IMG/VR virus record: IMGVR_UViG_3300035701_000023
Location: 4,303 to 68,302 of that record
Source: a virus
Strand: one strand, 5' to 3'
Length of the DNA: 64,000 nucleotides
How positions within the stretch are numbered: the stretch's first letter is position 1; the number at the start of each line of letters is the position of its first letter. A model generated the notes under the pieces. It worked only from the letters and a program-made list of their open reading frames with translations. It was not told where the DNA came from and did no database searches. Shown one piece after another: positions 59,453-64,000 of this stretch. The translations under genes were made by a program, and so were the position numbers.

Positions 59453-59974
59453 ATGGATAAATTTTGGTATATTGTAAAAGTGCTACCGGGAAAAGAAAGA
59501 CAATTATCTGAGCAGTTCAACCAACAAATATTATTAAACAAAATAAAAAATATTAATAGATTTGTTTGTCCAACTGAACAGGAAGTTATTACATTAAAAA
59601 ACAAAAAAATTTTAAGAGAAAAGGTGATATATACGGGATATCTTTATTTTGAATCTAAAAAAAAATTAGATAATTTAGAATTGGAAGAAGTGGCTAATAT
59701 TCAAAATATTATGGGTATGATGGGGAATAAAACCCCTCAATTAATGAACGAACAGGATGTAAAAAAAATAATTAAAGATGAATTACTTGAAAACCATATT
59801 GAGTCCAAAAAATTGAAATATTTAACCGGAGATAAGATAATGGTATCAGATGGTCCATTTACCGGGTTCAACGGGGTAATTTCAGAGGTTAAAGGGGATA
59901 ATGTTGAGGTTATTGTTAAAATATTTGGTAGAGATACTAAAGTTTTATTAACTTCGGCACAAATTAAAAAATAA
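59453..59974 (+). CDS. nusG: NusG-family transcription factor
   Basis: WYIVKVLPGKE, YTGYLYFE, and KOW motif GDKIMVSDGPFTGFNGVI...KIFGRDT; TATTTAT 59436-59442. Confidence 0.92.
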   Translation: MDKFWYIVKVLPGKERQLSEQFNQQILLNKIKNINRFVCPTEQEVITLKNKKILREKVIYTGYLYFESKKKLDNLELEEVANIQNIMGMMGNKTPQLMNEQDVKKIIKDELLENHIESKKLKYLTGDKIMVSDGPFTGFNGVISEVKGDNVEVIVKIFGRDTKVLLTSAQIKK

Positions 59975-60282
59975 TGACAATGTCACCCGATGTTTTAATT
60001 TATATACAGACCGTTAAGGAGTATTTTGAAAAAAACGAAGAAGCGAGAAATTATTTTCTAAATAATGTGAATGAAGAACGTTTTTTCGAATATGTTAACC
60101 AAACTGCACAAAAAAATTACGATAAGGAGGGTGAGGCAATGTTATCTCAAATACAACTTGAAGAAATAAGAAGATCGTTGATAATTGAGAGTATTGAGAA
60201 TAAAAAGATTCCTAAAGAAAATGATCCAGAGGAAAACATTTATTTTAACACAAAAGGATTCGGAAGAATCAATCTAAACTGA
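59974..60282 (+). CDS. Hypothetical protein
   Basis: TAATG-coupled 102-aa ORF. Confidence 0.7.
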   Translation: MTMSPDVLIYIQTVKEYFEKNEEARNYFLNNVNEERFFEYVNQTAQKNYDKEGEAMLSQIQLEEIRRSLIIESIENKKIPKENDPEENIYFNTKGFGRINLN

Positions 60283-60287
60283 TTTTT

Positions 60288-61367
60288 ATGGATAATAATT
60301 TTCCAACCAATTATTCGTTGTATGATGCCGCGTATGGATTTGATTTTCCAGTAGAACAATATTTTTTATTTACATTTAATTCTATTCCATCAAAATATTC
60401 AACAAATTCATTCTATCACGAATCGATCAAAGAATATTTTATTGAAAAAAATTTTGAGGTCATCGCAAGTAATTTTTCTACAAATAAACGAGACGAAGAG
60501 TCTTTAGCTTTTCTTTTTATTGATAGGAAAAAACACATTGCAATAAGATTAAACGGATCACAAGAGAAGAAAAACAATCTATATCAATTCGATGTAATGT
60601 TTAACTGTAAACTGGGAGACATTAATGACCTCTTTAATTGGGAAGAAATAAAAACATATGAAAGAAAAAAGAAAAAAGCGAGTATCAATCTCATTAAAAG
60701 TGAGATGGGTCATTTGGACACACAGGAGTATGATATTTTTATTCCCGACATCAATTTAACGTTAAATTACGGAGAATCATTTGTTAAAATACACAATTAT
60801 ATAATTTCTAGATTAAATAAGGATAAAGACAAAGGAATAGTTCTATTTCATGGTGATCCCGGAACAGGTAAAACCTCATACATAAAATATCTTACAAAAT
60901 TAATTAAAGAAAAGGAAATATTGTTTATCCCCCCGTCAATGGCTGAGATACTTTCAGAACCAACCATTATACCATTTTTAATGGATCATAGAAATTCTAT
61001 TTTAGTTATTGAGGACGCTGAACGGGTAATTTCAGACAGGGAGGGAAATGGTTCACAAGCGGGGGTATCAAACATATTAAATTTAACCGATGGTATTCTG
61101 GGGGATTGTTTAAATATCCAAGTCATTGCAACTTTTAATATGAAAAAAGAAAAAATAGATCCGGCTCTTCTTCGTAAGGGTAGGCTTATTAGTGAACATA
61201 AATTTGATAAATTAACCGTGGATGAGACTAATATCTTATTAAAAAAATTAAATAAAGACTTTGTATCCGATGAAGGAATGATTTTGGGAGATATTTATAA
61301 TCTTGATGAAGAAATTTATAGGGTAACAAAGAATACTTCAAAAATAGGATTTTTAAATGGAAAATAG
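60288..61367 (+). CDS. AAA+ ATPase
   Basis: Walker A GDPGTGKT, Walker B LVIEDAE, LNLTDG, ATFN, SRH IDPALLRKGR. Confidence 0.92.
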   Translation: MDNNFPTNYSLYDAAYGFDFPVEQYFLFTFNSIPSKYSTNSFYHESIKEYFIEKNFEVIASNFSTNKRDEESLAFLFIDRKKHIAIRLNGSQEKKNNLYQFDVMFNCKLGDINDLFNWEEIKTYERKKKKASINLIKSEMGHLDTQEYDIFIPDINLTLNYGESFVKIHNYIISRLNKDKDKGIVLFHGDPGTGKTSYIKYLTKLIKEKEILFIPPSMAEILSEPTIIPFLMDHRNSILVIEDAERVISDREGNGSQAGVSNILNLTDGILGDCLNIQVIATFNMKKEKIDPALLRKGRLISEHKFDKLTVDETNILLKKLNKDFVSDEGMILGDIYNLDEEIYRVTKNTSKIGFLNGK

Positions 61368-61674
61368 TTCATTAGACGTTGTACAACAATTACAATCCCA
61401 AGGAAAAAAAATCTTGGTTGATTATTGGGGAGCGTGGTGTCAACCATGTAAATTATTAATTCCAATTTTGGAAAATATTCAACCTGATTATCCTGATGTT
61501 ATATTCTTAAAAATAGATGTTGGACCTATTATCTCTCAAGTACGTGACATGGGAATAACCTCCGTTCCAACTGTAAAGATTTATGATGGTGAGACTCTTG
61601 TTAGTAGCACCGTTGGAGTAAAAAGTGAAAATTTTTACAGAGGAGAATTAAATAAATTATCTAATAATGAATAA
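61357..61674 (+). CDS. Thioredoxin
   Basis: VDYWGAWCQPCK and cis-Pro SVPT. Confidence 0.92.
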   Translation: MENSSLDVVQQLQSQGKKILVDYWGAWCQPCKLLIPILENIQPDYPDVIFLKIDVGPIISQVRDMGITSVPTVKIYDGETLVSSTVGVKSENFYRGELNKLSNNE

Positions 61675-61936
61675 AGTTATCATTTTTACATTAGATGGTT
61701 GTGATCATTGTGTAAGTCTTAAAAAAAGATTAATTGAACATTCCATACCATATGATGAAATTGAAACTACGGAAAATGAAGAATTATGGAATAAAATTGT
61801 TAAAGAAATACAAGACGAAATTCTCCCAACCACTCTCATACTAAACCCTAAAACCGAAGAATCGTTAGTTTTCGTCCCGGGGGTACATTATCAGAACGAA
61901 GAGGAAATTATAGAAATAATAAAATTACATATGTAA
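61667..61936 (+). CDS. Glutaredoxin/NrdH-like redoxin
   Basis: IIFTLDGCDHC...LPT. Confidence 0.85.
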   Translation: MNKVIIFTLDGCDHCVSLKKRLIEHSIPYDEIETTENEELWNKIVKEIQDEILPTTLILNPKTEESLVFVPGVHYQNEEEIIEIIKLHM

Positions 61937-61959
61937 GAAGAAAAACAATAAATGATGTG

Positions 61960-61984
61960 GAGGAATGAAAGTTCCTCTTTTTTT
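61960..61984 (+). terminator. Intrinsic terminator
   Basis: GAGGAAT-GAAA-GTTCCTC plus T7. Confidence 0.75.
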
Positions 61985-62031
61985 GTGTCAATAACTCATA
62001 AAAAAGTATTTATTACAATACGTACTTTAAT

Positions 62032-64000
62032 ATGGGGCCACTACAAAGAATAAATTGGACACAAATCACATCTAACAAAGTTCCATCTGGATATACAGTT
62101 GATATTGGAGAGTGTGAATGTCCAATTAACGCCATTTATTCTGAAAAAATATATCTCGGTTGTACTTCAATTGAGGATTTATATATTACAGGGGGAACAT
62201 TTGATAACGCCACACTAACTTTATATAGTGTGAGCGGGTCTCCAATTGTTGTTACAGGGTTTTCATTTGCTATTGACACATATACAACGGGAGCAACTTT
62301 ATCGGGAACAACCATTTGGTTCAGTAGAACAAACACCCCAAACGCATATAGTGTTGATCTTTCTTCTTTAGTTCTTAGTGGAGCTACTGGAACATCAGGA
62401 ACCAGTGGTAGAAGTTCAACTGCGGGAACAAGTGGAACATCAGGTTCTTCTGGCTCTTCTGGTTCTTCTGGTTCTTCTGGTTCAAGTGGTTCATCAGGAA
62501 GTTCTGGTTCATCAGGAAATTCTGGTACAAAAGGAACATCTGGCACATCAGGTTCAAGCGGATCATCTGGTTCATCAGGTTCAAGTGGTAGTAGTGGTAC
62601 TTCTGGAACATCAGGTTCTTCTGGATCATCAGGTTCTTCTGGTTCAAGTGGTAGTAGTGGTACTTCTGGAACAAAGGGAACGTCTGGTACGAGTGGAACA
62701 TCTGGTTCTTCTGGTTCTTCTGGTTCTTCTGGTTCTTCTGGTTCTTCTGGTTCATCTGGTTCTTCTGGAACAACAGGAACATCTGGCACGAGTGGAACAT
62801 CAGGTTCATCTGGTTCAAGCGGATCATCAGGTTCATCTGGAACATCTGGTTCAAGCGGATCATCGGGTTCTTATGGAACAAGTGGAACATCTGGTTCAAG
62901 CGGATCATCGGGTTCTTCTGGAACAAGTGGAACATCTGGTACGAGTGGAACATCTGGTTCTTCTGGTTCTTCTGGTTCTTCTGGTTCTTCTGGTTCTTCT
63001 GGTTCTTCTGGTTCATCTGGTTCATCTGGTTCTTCTGGAACAACAGGAACATCTGGCACGAGTGGAACATCAGGTTCATCTGGTTCAAGCGGATCATCAG
63101 GTTCATCTGGAACATCTGGTTCAAGCGGATCATCGGGTTCTTCTGGAACAAGTGGAACATCTGGTTCAAGCGGATCATCGGGTTCTTCTGGAACATCTGG
63201 AACATCTGGAACAAGCGGAACATCTGGTACTAGCGGAAGTAGTGGTTCTTCTGGTTCAAGCGGATCATCAGGTTCTTCTGGTTCTTCTGGAACAACAGGA
63301 ACATCAGGAACATCTGGTACAAGTGGTACAACTGGAACATCTGGTTCTTCTGGTTCTTCTGGTTCAAGTGGATCATCAGGTTCTTCTGGAACAAGTGGAA
63401 GTGACGGAACGGCGGGAACATCAGGAAGAACAGGCTCAAGTGGATCATCAGGTACTAGTGGACGAAATGGTACGTCTGGTACAAGTGGAACGTCTGGTTC
63501 ATCTGGTACAAGTGGTGTAGGTACTCCCGGAACATCTGGTACAAGTGGAACGTCTGGTTCATCTGGTACAAGTGGTGTAGGTACTCCCGGAACATCTGGT
63601 ACAAGTGGAACGTCTGGTTCATCTGGTACAAGTGGTGTAGGTACTCCCGGAACATCTGGTACAAGTGGAACATCTGGAACAAGCGGAACATCAGGTTCTT
63701 CTGGCTCTTCTGGTTCAAGTGGATCATCAGGTTCATCTGGTACAAGTGGTGTAGGTACTCCCGGAACATCTGGTACAAGTGGAACGTCTGGTACAAGTGG
63801 AACATCAGGTTCTTCTGGCTCTTCTGGTTCAAGTGGATCATCAGGTTCTAGTGGAAGTAGCGGATCATCTGGCACAAGTGGAACATCTGGTTCAAGTGGA
63901 ACATCTGGAACAAGCGGAACATCTGGTTCAAGTGGTACAACCGGAACATCTGGTTTATCATTTGGAACATCTGGAACAAGTGGAACATCTGGTTCTTCTG
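62032..64000 (+). CDS. Collagen-like Gly-Ser/Thr repeat fibre protein (3' end outside window; absent from ORF track)
   Basis: ATG 62032 after TATTTAT 62007-62013; MGPLQRINWTQI...; open to the window end with >500 aa of (G-S/T-S)n. Confidence 0.88.
   Translation, partial: MGPLQRINWTQITSNKVPSGYTVDIGECECPINAIYSEKIYLGCTSIEDLYITGGTFDNATLTLYSVSGSPIVVTGFSFAIDTYTTGATLSGTTIWFSRTNTPNAYSVDLSSLVLSGATGTSGTSGRSSTAGTSGTSGSSGSSGSSGSSGSSGSSGSSGSSGNSGTKGTSGTSGSSGSSGSSGSSGSSGTSGTSGSSGSSGSSGSSGSSGTSGTKGTSGTSGTSGSSGSSGSSGSSGSSGSSGSSGTTGTSGTSGTSGSSGSSGSSGSSGTSGSSGSSGSYGTSGTSGSSGSSGSSGTSGTSGTSGTSGSSGSSGSSGSSGSSGSSGSSGSSGSSGTTGTSGTSGTSGSSGSSGSSGSSGTSGSSGSSGSSGTSGTSGSSGSSGSSGTSGTSGTSGTSGTSGSSGSSGSSGSSGSSGSSGTTGTSGTSGTSGTTGTSGSSGSSGSSGSSGSSGTSGSDGTAGTSGRTGSSGSSGTSGRNGTSGTSGTSGSSGTSGVGTPGTSGTSGTSGSSGTSGVGTPGTSGTSGTSGSSGTSGVGTPGTSGTSGTSGTSGTSGSSGSSGSSGSSGSSGTSGVGTPGTSGTSGTSGTSGTSGSSGSSGSSGSSGSSGSSGSSGTSGTSGSSGTSGTSGTSGSSGTTGTSGLSFGTSGTSGTSGSS
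62684..63195 (+). repeat. Near-exact ~250-270 bp tandem duplication within the fibre gene
   Basis: The second copy has two extra 9-bp units (offset 252 rising to 270) and differs by TAT/TCT (62872 vs 63142). Confidence 0.85.
63481..63660 (+). repeat. Three exact 60-bp tandem repeats (TSGTSGSSGTSGVGTPGTSG)
   Basis: The 60-mers starting at 63481, 63541 and 63601 are identical. Confidence 0.95.

Noticed and set aside
63481-63660. 60-bp repeats as a CRISPR array
   Set aside because: Contiguous tandem copies without spacers, in frame within a CDS; no cas genes.
62136-63875. Long alternative-frame and antisense ORFs (PEEPDVP..., LVLLVL..., QKNQMF...)
   Set aside because: Shadows of the 9-bp-periodic Gly-Ser-Thr gene; the real frame starts at ATG 62032 after a late promoter.
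1-64000. Stop-codon recoding (alternative genetic code)
   Set aside because: Genes are full length and densely packed in code 11; TAG and TGA act as genuine stops (e.g. 22034, 2298, 50597).
1-64000. Bacterial chromosomal eCIS/tailocin locus or prophage
   Set aside because: Tail genes are interleaved with phage-type replication genes on one strand, with no integrase or housekeeping context; this fits a large lytic phage.

Overview
AT-rich 64-kb segment of a large lytic myovirus (contractile-tail, T4-superfamily-like or 'huge' phage). The host is most likely a Bacteroidota bacterium: the phage carries a short Bacteroidota-type sigma70 and an Hc1-like histone, has TTTG-N19/20-TAnnTTTG-like promoters, and lacks Shine-Dalgarno motifs. 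Almost all genes are on the + strand in standard code 11. Order: tail sheath (partial), tube, tail chaperone, tape measure and baseplate hub genes (1-17 kb); SSB, RecA, 5'-3' exonuclease, DnaB and class II RNR (17-24.4 kb); baseplate wedge and fibre-network genes (24.8-41.7 kb); RuvC-like resolvase, primase, exonuclease, Mre11/Rad50, ClpP and sigma factor (41.7-50.6 kb); membrane protein, amidase-like protein, probable head-internal proteins and small genes (50.6-58 kb); Nudix, DNA adenine MTase, NusG, AAA ATPase, thioredoxin and glutaredoxin (58-62 kb); and the start of a Gly-Ser/Thr collagen-like fibre that runs off the end. No tRNA, rRNA, CRISPR array, integrase, RT or IS element was seen. 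The most notable signals are: a [S/T]-G-x-T motif heavily enriched in tail/baseplate proteins (candidate virion glycosylation sequon); a free-standing mini-paralog of the sheath C-terminal domain and two other fragment mimics; a pseudoknotted ncRNA candidate after nrdJ and a second small RNA; a tightly delimited +1 frameshift in the tail chaperone; a parS-like site beside a putative origin; a TATTTAT late promoter implying near-leaderless mRNAs; and an Mre11/Rad50 pair split at an unusual point. All product calls come from motif recognition by eye, not from database searches.
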